From: Eledone cirrhosa
Taxonomy: Eukaryota
Length of the DNA: 64,000 nucleotides
Assembly: GCA_964016885.1 (NCBI GenBank)
Contig: OZ024754.1
Span: 23,932,001 to 23,996,000 of the forward strand
Reading direction: 5' to 3'
In this document: positions 29,673 through 49,391 of the stretch, one piece after another
Layout: the number at the start of each line of letters is the position of its first letter
Position numbering within the stretch: position 1 is the stretch's first letter
The notes under the pieces: generated by a model
What the model was told of the DNA's origin: nothing
The model's input: only the letters and a program-made list of their open reading frames with translations
Database searches by the model: none
Program-made: the position numbers and the translations under genes

Positions 29673-29937
29673 CTAAGGCGGGTAAAATTCCCGAGATCCA
29701 CGGACGAGTTCTCTCCAGCGGTCTCTGTCCCTCATTATTTCAGAGGGGATCACTAATGTAGGCGGGAAGCCGCTGGAATTGGTTGAGGACTTCCTGTGTT
29801 TGGGAGAAAAGATTGGGAATACGGAAGATGATGTGGTTGAGAGGAAGAGCAAGGCCTGGGCGGCGTGTCACAGCATGGGATCGGTGTGGAAGTCGGACCT
29901 TCGTAGAGACCTAAAGGTCCGCCTCTTCATTGCTGTA
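29673..29937 (-). mobile_element. Short RTE-group insertion with 5' inversion
   Basis: 29673-29737 is the RTE 3' end on - with a (TAGA)n tail. 29741-29937 is an upstream RT segment on +. Confidence 0.88.
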
Positions 29938-30128
29938 ATGTATATGTATATATGTATATATGTATATGTATATATGTATATACATGTATATATGTATATA
30001 TGTGTATATATATATATGTGTATATATATATGTGTATATATATATGTGTATATATATATGTATATATGTATATATATATATGTATATGTATATATATATG
30101 TATATATATATATGTATATATATATATG

Positions 30129-30177
<49 letters not shown>

Positions 30178-30428
30178 GTATATATATATATGTATATATA
30201 TATATGTATATATATATGTATACATATAAATATGTATACATATATATATGTATACGTATATATATATATGTATATATATATGTATACATATATATATGTA
30301 TACATATATATGTATACATATATATATGTATATATATATATGTACATATATATATGTACATATATATATGTATACATATATATATGTATACATATATATA
30401 TGTATACATATATATATGTATACATATA

Positions 30429-30487
<59 letters not shown>

Positions 30488-30654
30488 GTATATATATATG
30501 TATATATATATATATGTATATATGTATATATATATATGTATATATATATATATGTGTATATATGTATGTGTATATATGTATGTGTATATATGTATGTGTA
30601 TATATGTATATGTATATATGTATATGTATATATGTATATATGTATATATATATG

Positions 30655-30687
<33 letters not shown>

Positions 30688-30856
30688 GTATACATATATA
30701 TATGTATACATGTATATATATATATGTATACATATATATATGTATACATATATATATGTATACATATATATATGTATACATATATATATGTATACATATA
30801 TATATGTATATATATATGTATACATATATATATGTATATATATATATGTATATATG

Positions 30857-30887
<31 letters not shown>

Positions 30888-30904
30888 GTATATATATACA
30901 TATG

Positions 30905-30936
<32 letters not shown>

Positions 30937-30938
30937 CG

Positions 30939-30975
<37 letters not shown>

Positions 30976-30998
30976 GTATATATATGTATATATATATA
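29938..30998. repeat. Degenerate (TA)n/(TATATG) tract
   Basis: Direct reading. Confidence 0.97.
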
Positions 30999-31183
30999 AG
31001 TTGAAATAAAATGAAAACGAAATTTCGGCACTTACTGTGTCAGTGTTGAACAAAAAGGTGACGTGGTTGCCTTAACACCGTACGGCATAAAATTCAGGCT
31101 GTTCAGTTTGTTTACAAACGAACAAAGCGGCGTTATAATAAGCGTCCGCTAAACTGATACGTGCATATATGCATGTGTACCTG

Positions 31184-31242
<59 letters not shown>

Positions 31243-31280
31243 AGGAGGTTATAATTCACTTGAAGCATTGTGTAATGAGG

Positions 31281-31522
31281 TATAAACGTTTGAATATGTG
31301 TAATAAGTCCAAGACAATGCAGGTATGGACATAGAAAAAAGAATGCAATAGTGAAAGATATTGATGTGAATTCGTCTTTCACCTTGAATTTATTTAAATG
31401 TCCTTAATTTTCGAAAATAAATTCAAGGTGAAAGACGAATTCACATCAATATCTTTCACTATTGCATTCTTTTTTCTATGTCCATACCTGCATTGTCTTG
31501 GCCTTATTACACATATTCAATC

Positions 31523-31528
<6 letters not shown>
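31281..31528. repeat. Foldback made of the PLE-G-family 3' terminus
   Basis: Both arms match 22395-22523. Confidence 0.88.
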
Positions 31529-31575
<47 letters not shown>

Positions 31576-32005
31576 TGCTACTGTATCTCTGTATACATAT
31601 ATGTATGTACGTATACACACATACTTACATTTAAGTAAGTGCCGTACTAAGAGTGAGAAATGAAATTTCGTTTTCATTTTATTTCACCTTATCGTTTTCG
31701 GTATGCCTGACCGACTTAGCTCACTCGATATGCAAATTAGGCTGCTCAGCCGTTAATTTTCATAAGGAAGGTATATACTTTCGAATGTTCAACTATCTGG
31801 CAGAAGGGTATACGGTGCTGATGATAGCTAACAAGCTTGAAACTAGTACATCGTTCCTGTGTCAGTGTTGAACAAAAAGGTGAGGTGGTTGCCTTAACAC
31901 CGTATGGCATAAAATTCAGGCTGTTCAGTTTGTTTACAAACGAACAAAGCGGCGTTATAATAAGCGTTTGCGAAACTGATACGTGCATATATATATGTGT
32001 ACCTG

Positions 32006-32179
<174 letters not shown>

Positions 32180-32613
32180 TGCTACTGTATGTCTGTATAC
32201 ATATATGTATGTACGTATACACACATACTTACATTTAAGTAAGTGCCGTACTAAGAGTGAGAAATGAAATTTCTTTTTCATTTTATTTCAACTTATCGTT
32301 TTCGGTATGCCTGACCGACTTAGCTCACTCGATATGCAAATTAGGCTGCTCAGCCGTTAATTTTCATAAGGAAAGTATATACTTTCGAACATTCAACTAT
32401 CTGGCAGAATGGTATACGGTGCTGATGATAGCTAACAAGCTTGAAACTAGTACATCGTTCCTGTGTCAGTGTTGAACAAAAAGATGACGTGGTTGCCTTA
32501 ACACCGTACGGCATAAAATTCAAGCTGTTCAGTTTGTTTACAAAAGAACAAAGCGGCGTTATAATAAGCGTCCGCTAAACTGATACGTGCATATATGTAT
32601 GTGTACCTGTATG

Positions 32614-33199
<586 letters not shown>

Positions 33200-33636
33200 G
33201 CATGCTACTGTACGTCTGTATACATATATGTATGTACGTATACACACATACTTACATTTAAGTAAGTGCCGTACTAAGAGTGAGGAATGAAATTTCGTTT
33301 TCATTTTATTTCAACTTATCGTTTTCGGTATGCCTGACCGACCTAGCTCACTCGATATGCAAATTAGGCTGCTCAGCCGTTAATTTTCATAAGGAAAGTA
33401 TATACTTTCAAACGTTCAACTATCTGGCAGAAGGGTATACGGTGCTGATGATAGCTAACAAGCTTGAAACTAGTACATCGTTCCTGTGTCAGTGTTGAAC
33501 AAAAAGGTGACGTGGTTGCCTTAACACCGTATGGCATAAAATTCAGGGTGTTCAGTTTGTTTACAAACGAACAAAGCGGCGTTATAATAAGCGTCCGCTA
33601 AACTGATACGTGCATATATGTATGTGTACCTGTATG

Positions 33637-33669
<33 letters not shown>

Positions 33670-33729
33670 GCATGCTACTGTACGTCTGTATACATATATG
33701 TATGTACGTATACACACATACTTACATTT

Positions 33730-35150
<1,421 letters not shown>

Positions 35151-35193
35151 AAAAAGAACACAAGAGCGTCTACAACATCAAAAGATTTTTATT

Positions 35194-35240
35194 GTCTTAC
35201 AATGTTTCTTCCTTACGTAACCGTAGGATTCGTCAGAGCT
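35194..35240 (-). ncRNA. Hammerhead with weak stem I
   Basis: ct-CTGACGA-a-tcctacg-gtta-cgtaagga-a-GAAA-cattg-TA-ag, followed by AATAAA. Confidence 0.7.
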
Positions 35241-37464
35241 ATAAAAGGGGTTTGATTGGTGTTATGGACTCTACCAACCAAACATTCAAGAACAAAGAGT
35301 AAAGAGAGTAAAGAGCAAAAGTAGGGCACGATAAGTCTAATTTTGGTTTGGGAGGGTGGGGTGTGGGTCCTTGTTTACTAGCTGCGGTCATATTAATTCC
35401 CGGAGGTCGGGTGGTTAGCTGAACCATAGATGGGGTGGCGTCGATAGTATGGTGCAGAGGGTGCGCAGAGTCTACACAAACACAAAGGGCATACAATATA
35501 TGTGTTATATATAGCGGAGGAGAAAGTACATGAGGTAATTAGAAATGGAAAAAGAGTAATAATAATAATCTATAATTAATAGTGTATAATAAGGCATGGG
35601 GAAGATTACAGTATGATAAGGTATAAAAGTAAGAATAAGGTAAAATATAAAGGAGGATAAAAGTGGAAATAATAAAGATAAAAAAATATATAGAGAATAT
35701 ATAAAGAAATATAAGCGAATATTTGGAGGGGAAAACACAATGTAAAAAAACCGATTTTTTCAAATAATAATAACAAATATAATAATTATGGGGGGAGAGA
35801 ATACGGGATAGAGAAATATGATCAAGTGTGATTAGTTGAGAGAATATAAGATGATAATAGTTATGTCAAGTTTATACATCTTAATAATAAATAATCTGTG
35901 TATCAGAGTTGCAGAACCTTCAATTCACTTACGGGTTCAAGCCACGTGGCATGGTCCATTGTTTATCTGTGCTGTCATGCGCGTTTGTTTTTGACACCAC
36001 AGCAGATGCAGAAGTTCGTAAATTCCAATGCAGATAGAAATCTATTTTTGCTCACCCGGACATTGACGGAGGATCCAATATTCCTAGTTCAATATGTGTG
36101 TGGTGTTATTTTGGTCGCTCAAATCAATCACTTGGTTCGATATTATGGAGTATGGTTTTCTGGTCTTCGTAACAGTGTCAGTGGTTGTATATCTGGAAAT
36201 CACAAGGATCACAGTACTCCGGTTTGGTGTGATTATCGGTCATCCAGCTATGTTGTTGGTGGTTGGATTCAATTCTATTCGCCCCAATGTTGAACTTTGG
36301 TGTCGATAGGACATTAACGAGGCAGGGTGAGATCGCATCTGTGGTACAAAACGGTACGCAAGGAAATTCTTCGTCTTCGTTTCATCCGGGTCCAGCAGTC
36401 ACATGCAAGAACCGCTACGTAGTAATTGTGGGGTTAATCGGTCAAGTCAGCAACTGACCGAAAATTCAGACAGGCATGACAAGCACATTTAGGTCGGCAG
36501 CTTCTTTATGTGTACGTGTGTCCGACACACACAGACACATATTTATATGTATTTCAACTAAAAAAACTCAATTGATTCACCCACTGGTACTACAATCGGT
36601 CAAGACAGCAACTGGCCGACAATTCCCTTAGGAATTCAGACAGGCATGACAGGTATATTTAGGTTAGCAGCTTCTTTATGTGTACGTGTGTCCGATACAC
36701 ATATCCATATGTATTTCAACTCAAAAAATTCAGTTGATTCCCCTATTGATATTATATCTGTGCTGCTCGGATGTGCATGCTGTGGTGTTCTGGTCATGCA
36801 TAGCATTCACTGTGTTTTGCCATTACCTTGGAATGTGATGTTATGGTCATCAATAGTCCGGCAAGCGCATTTCGCTTTTATATTGCGGAAAATGGTGTTC
36901 TGGTCCTCAGTAAAGATTTGGGTCAGCAGGAGGGGTGGTGGTTCTCACTTTCAACTTCGACAATACATATGTGTTACTCTGCATATCGTGCTCCTCTCAG
37001 AGAAGAGTATTATAGGAGGAATTCGTGCCACACACCACGTATAGAGAGAATTTCTACAGAAAAGTATACATACATATACACATATCATACACACATCATA
37101 CACTGACACATACACATACACACTCATACGCATACATACATATATTCACATACATGTCACATATATACATACACACAATATAATACGCATGCATACAATA
37201 TACATATATGTATATATACATACAATATACATGCATACAATGCACGCACACATGCGTGCATGCATGCACACAAGCACGCACATCCACACATATGTCTGCG
37301 TGTGTGTGCGTGTGAGAGAGAAAAGGAGAATACACACACACACACACACGCAAAAACACCAACCTTGTAAGGGACTGTACCACCCTTAGGGTACCTATCT
37401 ATCTGGGTTACGGGTTGGGGGGGAAGCTATAGTCTAGGTGGGGATTGCGTGATATATGTTACGT

Positions 37465-39833
<2,369 letters not shown>

Positions 39834-39863
39834 GTATATATATATATACAAATATATATATAC

Positions 39864-40126
<263 letters not shown>

Positions 40127-41180
40127 CATATACATATATACATATACATATATACATATATATATATATACATATATATATACATATATATAGAAAGGAT
40201 GAATATAAAATGAAAGTGCTTTTGTTAAAAAAGGAATTTATTAGGTATTGACATATGTTTCTGTAACAGACCGAATACCTATGTATCGCTGCTTGCGTAA
40301 TCATATAATGTTAGCAAGTATTCGATAGCAAATGTATAATCAGTTGTCACTTCTTCAGAGATTTTGGATAAACTGGATAAAATCAGAAAAATTGAAGTAT
40401 TTATATTAGTAAAAGAGAAAGGAACAGAGGGGATAGAATATGACAGATGGTAAAATAATTTACTGCTAAACAAGTATATAATGGGTTTTTAATGAGAATA
40501 CCATGAGTAAATCTAAATAAGAATTTTGGGAGTGCCAATTTTAATCTCTACTTGACCAACTGGACAGTGGACAGGGCTGGTCATTTGGTGCAGAAGTATT
40601 AATTATAAAGTGTCAATTGGGGAAGGGGGAGATTTCGATTGCTACTAAATAACATCAATGCTAGTAGTCAGCTGGTATTTGCACTAGGGAATTGAATCAA
40701 GAAATCAGAAATCTCATTTTATCTATAGCAGTTTGTATTAAAAGGTAAATAATAGAAGAGTTGATAGAATTAAGACTAATAAAGAATGTTCATATCTATT
40801 TTGACAATCAAACGGGGATAAAGACAGGCGTTCAATCCTGGTAGTATTTATATTCAACCTGAAGGACCACAAGGTAAACTTCGATACTAACCCTAATATT
40901 AGACTTATATGCCCCTCTAAATCTGATATAGGTAAAATTAGCAAATATATACTAGACAGAATTATCCCCCAAGTTAAGGTTAAAGTAGAGATTAAACTAT
41001 GGGGTAACACTCATGAAGCAATAAGATGGTTTAACAACATTACTGATAAGAAAAAAATCAAAATTTATTCAGTTTGATATTGATGAATATTATTCCTCAA
41101 TTTCACCTGATACTCTACATGAAGCTCTTTCGTTCGCTAAGGATAATTCCGACCTTACGGATGCTGAAATTAAAATTATT

Positions 41181-42188
41181 ATGGAAGCGAGAAAAACTAT
41201 AGTTAAATTCGATGATAGCTACTGGGTTCGCAAAGATAGACCTTCTAATTTTGATATCACTATGGGTTCTAATGATTCGGCGGAAGTAACAGATCTTGTG
41301 GGAATTTATATCACCCACAGATTACAAGGAAAATTCAAGGATCTCCACGGTGGAATTTACCGTGACGATGCGCTCCTATTAGTTAAGCATATGAATAACC
41401 AGAATTTAGAAAGGATGCGTAAAAATATCAGAAAACTTTTTAAAGAACTAGGATTAAATATTACATTTGAATATAACCTCAAAGAGGTCAATTTCCTTGA
41501 TGTTACTTTCAATCTCAATACAGATACGATTAAACCGTTCCATAAACTAAATGAGAACCTTAAATATGTAAATACGAGTTCTAACCATCCACTCTCTATA
41601 ATTAAATCCATCCCTAGAAATGTTTCTCTTAGAATCTCCCGCCTATCGTCCAACCAACAAACCTTCAAAGAACATGCCGAGTATTATGATGATGCACTTA
41701 GGAAAGCCGGTCACCTAGATAATATAGAGTATATAGTCAATGATCACCAAAACACCCAAAATAAATCACATAGGAGTAGAAATAGCACAGAATCACCACC
41801 ATACATACACTACCGCAATAGACACAATAATAGTCGCACACCACCAAACAGAAGGCGATGTAAGGAGTATATCTGGTACAACCCGGTCTATAACAAATCT
41901 ATTAAAACCAATCTACCCTCAAAATTCTTTCGATTAGTTAGAAAACACTTTCCAACATCACATAAATATAATAAAATCTTAAACCCTAACACCATTCGAC
42001 TTTCATATTCAACCGCCCCTAATATTGAACAACATATAAAAAAGCTTAACGCAAAACGGTTGTATAAACGCCTTCCAACACATAACAATACACGTAAAAC
42101 ATTAGCTATAACATCACAAAACAACAAACAACATCCTGTCCTACATAAGCAACCTCATCAACCCATCCATGGCAATACAACAACGTAA
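41181..42188 (+). pseudogene. PLE-D RT/thumb fragment (GIY-YIG continues to ~42640)
   Basis: 335-aa ORF homologous to PLE-C. Confidence 0.9.
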
Positions 42189-43111
42189 AATTGTAATTGC
42201 AACTGTGTCCAACCAGGAATGTGTCCGTTGAACAATCAGTGTCTTGAACGCAACATCGTATACAAATGTACTATCGAATCGGATAGACAGAAGTGGTACT
42301 ATGTGGGATCTACAGCCACCTCCTTCAAATCACGCCTTTATAGACATCGTTATTCGATAAAACATGAAAACCAGCGTTATGTAACAACACTCGCAGACAA
42401 GGCTTGGCAGCTGCGTGAAAATAACCAACAATTTCACCTAAAATGGGATATAATAGCGACTGCCCCCCCCCCCCCCCCATAATCCAATGGACAGGAATTT
42501 TGTAAATTATGTAATGTAGAATTATTTTGTATTATGAAATCCAAAAACATTTTATTAAATAACAGAATAGAGCGATCGTTATACTGTAACCATCGCTTAA
42601 AATCTACATTTTCATATTATAAATACTACCAGGATTGAACGCCTGTCTCTATCCCCGTTTGATTGTCAAAATAGATATGAACATTCTTTATTAGTCTTAA
42701 TTCTATCAACTCTTCTATTATTTACCTTTTAATACAAACTGCTATAGATAAAATGAGATTTCTGATTTCTTGATTCAATTCCCTAGTGCAAATACCAGCT
42801 GACTACTAGCATTGATGTTATTTAGTAGCAATCGAAATCTCCCCCTTCCCCAATTGACACTTTATAATTAATACTTCTGCACCAAATGACCAGCCCTGTC
42901 CACTGTCCAGTTGGTCAAGTAGAGATTAAAATTGGCACTCCCAAAATTCTTATTTAGATTTACTCATGGTATTCTCATTAAAAACCCATTATATACTTGT
43001 TTAGCAGTAAATTATTTTACCATCTGTCATATTCTATCCCCTCTGTTCCTTCCTCTTTTACTAATATAAATACTTCAATTTTTCTGATTTTATCCAGTTT
43101 ATCCAAAATCT

Positions 43112-43228
43112 CTGAAGAAGTGACAACTGATTATACATTTGCTATCGAATACTTGCTAACATTATATGATTACGCAAGCAGCGATACATAGGTATTCGGT
43201 CTGTTACAGAAACATATGTCAATACCTA
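43112..43228 (+). ncRNA. HHR-like motif with ~90-nt stem II (inverted copy at 40242-40358)
   Basis: CTGAAGA-a-gtgaca...tgttac-a-GAAA-catatg-TC, then AATAAA. Stem I is not canonical. Confidence 0.5.
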
Positions 43229-43390
43229 ATAAATTCCTTTTTTAACAAAAGCACTTTCATTTTATATTCATCCTTTCTACATTTCTCCGCAATATAATTT
43301 ATACTCGTTGAGCAAACCTGCACGTACGCTGTTCATCTCTAACGTAACGATATATTATCACTACATTATTGATAACCTGAAATTTTATAC

Positions 43391-43448
<58 letters not shown>

Positions 43449-46309
43449 CACCCTCAATATATATATATATATACATCACCCTCAATATATATATATATAT
43501 ACATCACCCTCAATCCAACAAAAGACAACCCCCCAACCTCAACACTCTGTACCACAGAAATAACGCACCCAGACCACATGAACCAACAACAGAACCCTTG
43601 CTCATCAACAACCACAACACATACCACCCCCACCATCACATTCACCCTCATGAAACAACAAGCTACAGACCCACACGCAACAGACCAACAAAATATAATC
43701 ACACACAAAACTACATTCTTTTTTTAGGGAAAAGCCTGAAATACCAGGATACTCGATGCCCCCCCCCCCCTCAGGAGAAACCAACAATAATCAACCTCAC
43801 AAAGACACCTCTAACCAACACACAAATCAACATTTTAAGTAAGGGCCTGAAATTTACACCACGTAAACCAAACTTCCCCGAAATGAAGGATGACATCATG
43901 GAATACTGCCGAAAGCTGCGACTAACGGAATTCTTCCACAACGACACCAACACTGAAGACGAATCACTGGTTAGAAATAAAAGCAATTTCTGCCCACAAA
44001 AGGGAAGAAATAAAGCACTGGACACGTACTGCGAACACATCACCAACTTTCCCTATGAAAAAATTACAAATAAACACACGAAATCAAACCTATCTACACA
44101 CGAATGGGAAGAATTATTCACACTTAGAAACAACCCTGAGATAACTATCAAAGAAGCCGATAAAGGCAGTACTGTTGTCATTATGAATACGGACTACTAT
44201 AGGACCCTCGCACTTAACATTTTAGAAAACAACACATACTATGAAAAAACAGAAAACTACAAACACACCAAAACAATGGGGAACCTTTTGACCTTACTGA
44301 ATAAATACCGCAACAGCTTAACCACAAAAGAGTTTAACTATATAAGCCACTTCAAATGCAATACAAGCTCTTTTTACGGCTTACCGAAACTCCACAAATG
44401 TAAACCCATAAACGATGCATGTGACACCTCAACCAACAATTACATTGAACTAACACCACCAGAAGACCTAAAACTCAGGCCAATTATAGCAGGCCCTACA
44501 TGTGAAACCCACAGACTTAGCAACTTTCTGGACATCCTACTGAAACCCTTTCTACAACATATACAGAGCTACATACGAGATGACCTTGACATGCTTAAAC
44601 ACCTCCCTAAAACAGTAAGTGCAAATACAATTCTTGTCTCCTTTGACGTAATAAACCTCTACACAAACATACCCCACAACTATGGAATAACAGCAGTCCA
44701 ATACTGGCTTAACACACACCCATCAGAAATACCGACACGCATCAACACAGATTTTATCACTGACGGACTCCGCTTTATCCTACAAAATAACTACTTCACA
44801 TTCAATGGTTCAACATACAGACAAGTATCAGGTACGGCAATGGGCACGAAAGTAGCACCCACATATGCCAACCTAGTCATGGGATTCCATGAACAACAAA
44901 TATACAGTCAGTCCCTTCTCTTATTTGGAGACTCTTTCCACACACACCTCAAAGCCAATTGGAAAAGATATCTAGACGAGTGCTTTATCCTATGGCAAGA
45001 AGACATGAACTCACTTACTACGTTTAAAAACATGATAAACAACATAGATAATAACATACAATTCACAATGGAATCCAATCCTAAGGAATTAGCCTTCTTG
45101 GATATTCTAATCTCTGTAATAGACGGGAAATTAGATACAGATATATTCTATAAACCCACAGATTCCAAGCAATACCTCTTTTTCACATCAAGTCACCCAA
45201 AACATACAAAACATTCCTTACAATTTGGCCAAACGTATATGTACCATAGTATCAGATCCACCTAAACGGGAGCAAAGACTAAAGGAAATAAAAGACACCC
45301 TTATCTTAAGAGCCTTTCCACTTGAAATAATCAACAATGGAATAGACAGGGCAAAACACCTAAATCCCCATCAATTTAACAATCCAAAACAGAAAACCAC
45401 ACTCAACACCCTGCCATATGTATCCACTTTCAACCCCAGAAATACCGAAATGTTTGATCACCTACACAAAAACCTCCCCATCCTACTTAAAGATGTAAAA
45501 ATGAAGTCTATTCTTGAAACACACAAGATCCTTAAAAGTAAAAGACAACCCAAATCACTTAAACGCATTCTCACTGGACCAAATATACCCAAACCAATCC
45601 TCAACCCTACAGTTACCAAATGTAGTAGAACAAACTGTGGAACGTGCCTCTACCTCACTGAAGGACAAACATTTACATTCAAAGATGGCCAAACATTTAC
45701 AGTAAAAAAACAATTTCACCTGCAACTCGGAGAACTTGATTTACGCAATAACTTGCGGTGGGTGCAAACACAACTACATAGGACAGACGGGCACCTCATT
45801 ACGCAAAAGAATGACCATCCACCGCCAACAAATCCGGGACGCTAACACAAGAAAAATCCCCTTGAGCAGCCATATTGCGAACTGCGCAGGAATGACACTA
45901 CCCAACTTTAAAATCTTCCCCTTCTACAAGTGCTCAGATTCGTTCACACAGCAACAAAGAATAAACAAAGAAAATCTATTCCTTAACAAATTTAAACAAA
46001 AACTAAACGGGTTATCACCCCAATAGAATTGTCATAAAATATAAACACACATACGCACGGAATCACTACTATTAAAGACCAGAGACCAATTCTGTAGAAT
46101 CAGGTTTATTCGTTGACAGACCATGCCTTTGTGTGACCAACACATCCATGTTAAACCCTGCACGTGCACACACATATATCTATATATATATGCGCACACA
46201 GAATTTACCACTGTCGGTTGCGGGGCCCAATCTACATGAAGAACTCAATGTGATCAGAATGACTTGTATTTTAATTTCACTGTCCCAACTTCATATATTA
46301 TGGAAAAAA

Positions 46310-46473
46310 TATGTGTATGTATATATATATATATTTGGAGGCCATTTCTCTGTGTGTGGGTGTATGTATGTGTATATGTGTGTGTATGTGTGTGTGTGTG
46401 TGTGCATGTGGATGTATGTATTGTGTGTGCGTGTGTGTGTATGTATGTGTGTATCTGGATGTATGCGTATGTG

Positions 46474-46508
<35 letters not shown>

Positions 46509-46795
46509 ATATATATGTGTGTGTATGTGTGTATATATATGTGTGTGTGTGTGTATGTTTGTATGTGTGTATGTATATATATGTGTGTGTGTGTATGTAT
46601 GTGTAGGTGTGTGTGTATATATATATATATATATGTGTATATATATATGTGTGTGTGTGTGTGTATGTATGTGTGTATCTGGATGTATGTGTATGTATAT
46701 ATATGTGTGTGTATATATATATGTGTGTGTATGTGTATATATGTGTGTGTGTGTGTATGTGTGTATGTATATGTATGTGTGTGTATGTATGTGTG

Positions 46796-46832
<37 letters not shown>

Positions 46833-46890
46833 GTGTATGTATATGTATGTGTATGTATGTGTGGATGAAGGTATGTGTGTATATATAGGT
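46310..46890. repeat. Mixed (GT)/(TA)/(GTAT) microsatellite
   Basis: Direct reading. Confidence 0.95.
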
Positions 46891-47197
46891 GTAAGTGCAC
46901 TAAATCCCTTTCTATCACGCTCCACTCTCCTACCGACCACAGGAAGATATATGTATGTATATTGCTTCCACCCCCTCACTGACCAGCAGCTGGCCAGCTA
47001 GCCATTGCTAAATCTGACCTTTATAAAATAACCCACACCCCAAATAACTTCTCATTCACTACCAGAAAGGGACACAGCAGTCAACATGTTGCTACCTAGA
47101 TGAAAACTACTATGAAATCCCACAATGAATTTTATACTTGAATTTTCAAATCTCAAATTTTAACTCTTCGTATTATTAATTTTTCTTAATATTAATC

Positions 47198-47245
47198 AAC
47201 ATTTGAAAAGATGGTTTTTGCAGACCCATCGAAACCGGTCATATT
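47198..47245 (+). ncRNA. Hammerhead variant with U3-A8 core
   Basis: aacat-TTGAAAA-gatgg...ccatc-GAAA-ccgg-TC-atatt. Palindromic ACCGGT stem III. Confidence 0.72.
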
Positions 47246-47445
47246 TTATACCCTTTATTATTTCCTTACCTTATAAAATTATATGTTTTTTCACAAAAAA
47301 GTATTCTGTCTCTTATATATTCCATGTGCCATTACCAACCTCAATTTTCTCTATAACCTTCGTTTTGTGTAGAAAATTACACTTTTCATATATATATGCA
47401 TATATCTATTCCTAAAGAGTAAAAGAGTATATATATATATATGTA

Positions 47446-47582
<137 letters not shown>

Positions 47583-47631
47583 GTATATATATATGTATAT
47601 ATATATATATGTATATATATATATGTATATA

Positions 47632-47757
<126 letters not shown>

Positions 47758-47842
47758 CTCTTTTACTCTTTAGGAATAGATATATGCATATATATATGAA
47801 AAGTGTAATTTTCTACACAATATGTATATAGATATATGTATC

Positions 47843-49263
47843 ATATCATTAAGGTATTTGAGCGAGTGGTGAGATCGCGAATGACCCACTTCCTTGAGAG
47901 TAACAATATGCTGAACTCCAACCAGCATGGATTCCGTAATGGAAGGGATTGCCTGACGCAGCTACTGCATCACTTTGATGACATTTTGAGAGCCTTGGGA
48001 GAGGGTTCCAACACTGATGTTATCTACCTTGATTTCAGCAAGGCCTTTGACAGGGTTGATCATAACATTCTACTGAGAAAGCTGTCCAATATTGGTGTCA
48101 CTGGAAAGCTGCTGCAGTGGATCAAGAGCTTCCTGTCAAACAGAACCCAACATGTTGTAGTTGAGGGAGTCAAATCAAGCCCAGCCAAAGTCAGTAGTGG
48201 GGTCCCACAAGGCACTGTGTTGGGCCCACTTCTCTTCATCATCTATATTAATGACATCACTGACATCATCAAACACAGCAACATTAAAATTTTCGCTGAT
48301 GATTCCAAGCTCCAAAAGGTCATCAATGGCGTGGATGACCGGATAAGCCTTCAGTCAGACCTACTGGCTGTTACCCAATGGGCAGAAAAGAACAACATGT
48401 TACTGAACGAAGACAAATTCGAACTGATCCACTTTGGAAAAGAGGATGCTCTGAAACTCCCGTACTCCCTTCCCTCCGGGGAAACTCTCGTGGCATCTAA
48501 CAACATCAGAGACTTGGGAGTAACCGTGGACAGCAACATAAGCTGGACCACGCATATAAGCAGCAAAGTTGACATGGCCCGCAGAATGTGTTCCTGGATC
48601 CTCAGAACCTTCCAGTCGAGAGATTCCCGCACCATTATCCTTCTCTTCTCTACTTTCGCCCGACCACACCTTGAATACTGTTGTCCACTGTGGTCTCCCC
48701 ACACGAAACAAAGTATCATGAAACTTGAAGCTCCTCAAAGGGCAATCACGAAAAAATAGATGGCATGTCAGACCTTGACTACTGGGGTCGATTAGAAAAC
48801 CTGAAACTTTACTCACTCCAACGTCGCCGTGAGCGTTATATTATCTGCATGATGTGGAAAATGTTCCATCATCACTGCCCAAATGATGTTGGCATCGCCT
48901 TCAAGATACACCCAAGGCTTGGGCCCCGTGCTATCCGTCCCATTCAAAAATCTAAATCGCAACTCATAACAACAATACGGCACAATTATTTCACCTCAAT
49001 CGGCCCTGCTCTCTTCAACATCACACCAGGACACGTCAAAACAGAAACTGACCACACAAAATTCAAGAAGTCTTTGGACAAATTCCTCCAAGTAATCCCG
49101 GACAAACCACCCACACCCGGATATGTCTCCGCAAACAGTAATTCTTTTCTCGAATGGGCCATGGTGCCCAAATCCTGAATTGAAAGACTTCGCCAGGTGG
49201 TGCTATTAAGTTAGACATGGCCTGGGCCAATACTGGCCAAAACATTTCAAAGTTATTCAAAGT

Positions 49264-49265
<2 letters not shown>
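47843..49265 (+). mobile_element. CR1-group LINE family E, copy 2 (5'-truncated)
   Basis: Near-identical to the reverse complement of 26386-27810. 1-bp frameshift at ~48755. Confidence 0.93.
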
Positions 49266-49319
<54 letters not shown>

Positions 49320-49391
49320 CTTTTACTCTTTTACCTGTTTCAGCCATCCGGCTGAGGCCATGCTGGGGCACCGCCCTTGTTGCTACACATT

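Larger units (their letters stand above)
40191..43279 (+). mobile_element. Penelope-like element D with ~650-bp inverted pLTRs
   Basis: 40191-40840 is the reverse complement of 42630-43279. The internal frameshifted ORF has FIQFDID, FDITMGS, GIYRDD and NIVYKC..YYVGST. Confidence 0.93.
43739..47430 (+). mobile_element. Penelope-like element E, nearly full-length, decayed
   Basis: LSKGLKF, EADKG, FYGLPKLHK, RPII, SFDVINLYTNI, GTAMG and RYLDE motifs, a Cys cluster, and IYAITC..YIGQT. Frameshifts near 45210 and 45710. Microsatellite-rich 3'UTR ends in an HHR. Confidence 0.92.

Noticed and set aside
44965-44985. YLDE instead of YxDD as a novel RT active site
   Set aside because: This copy is frameshifted elsewhere, so a single inactivating substitution is the simpler explanation.
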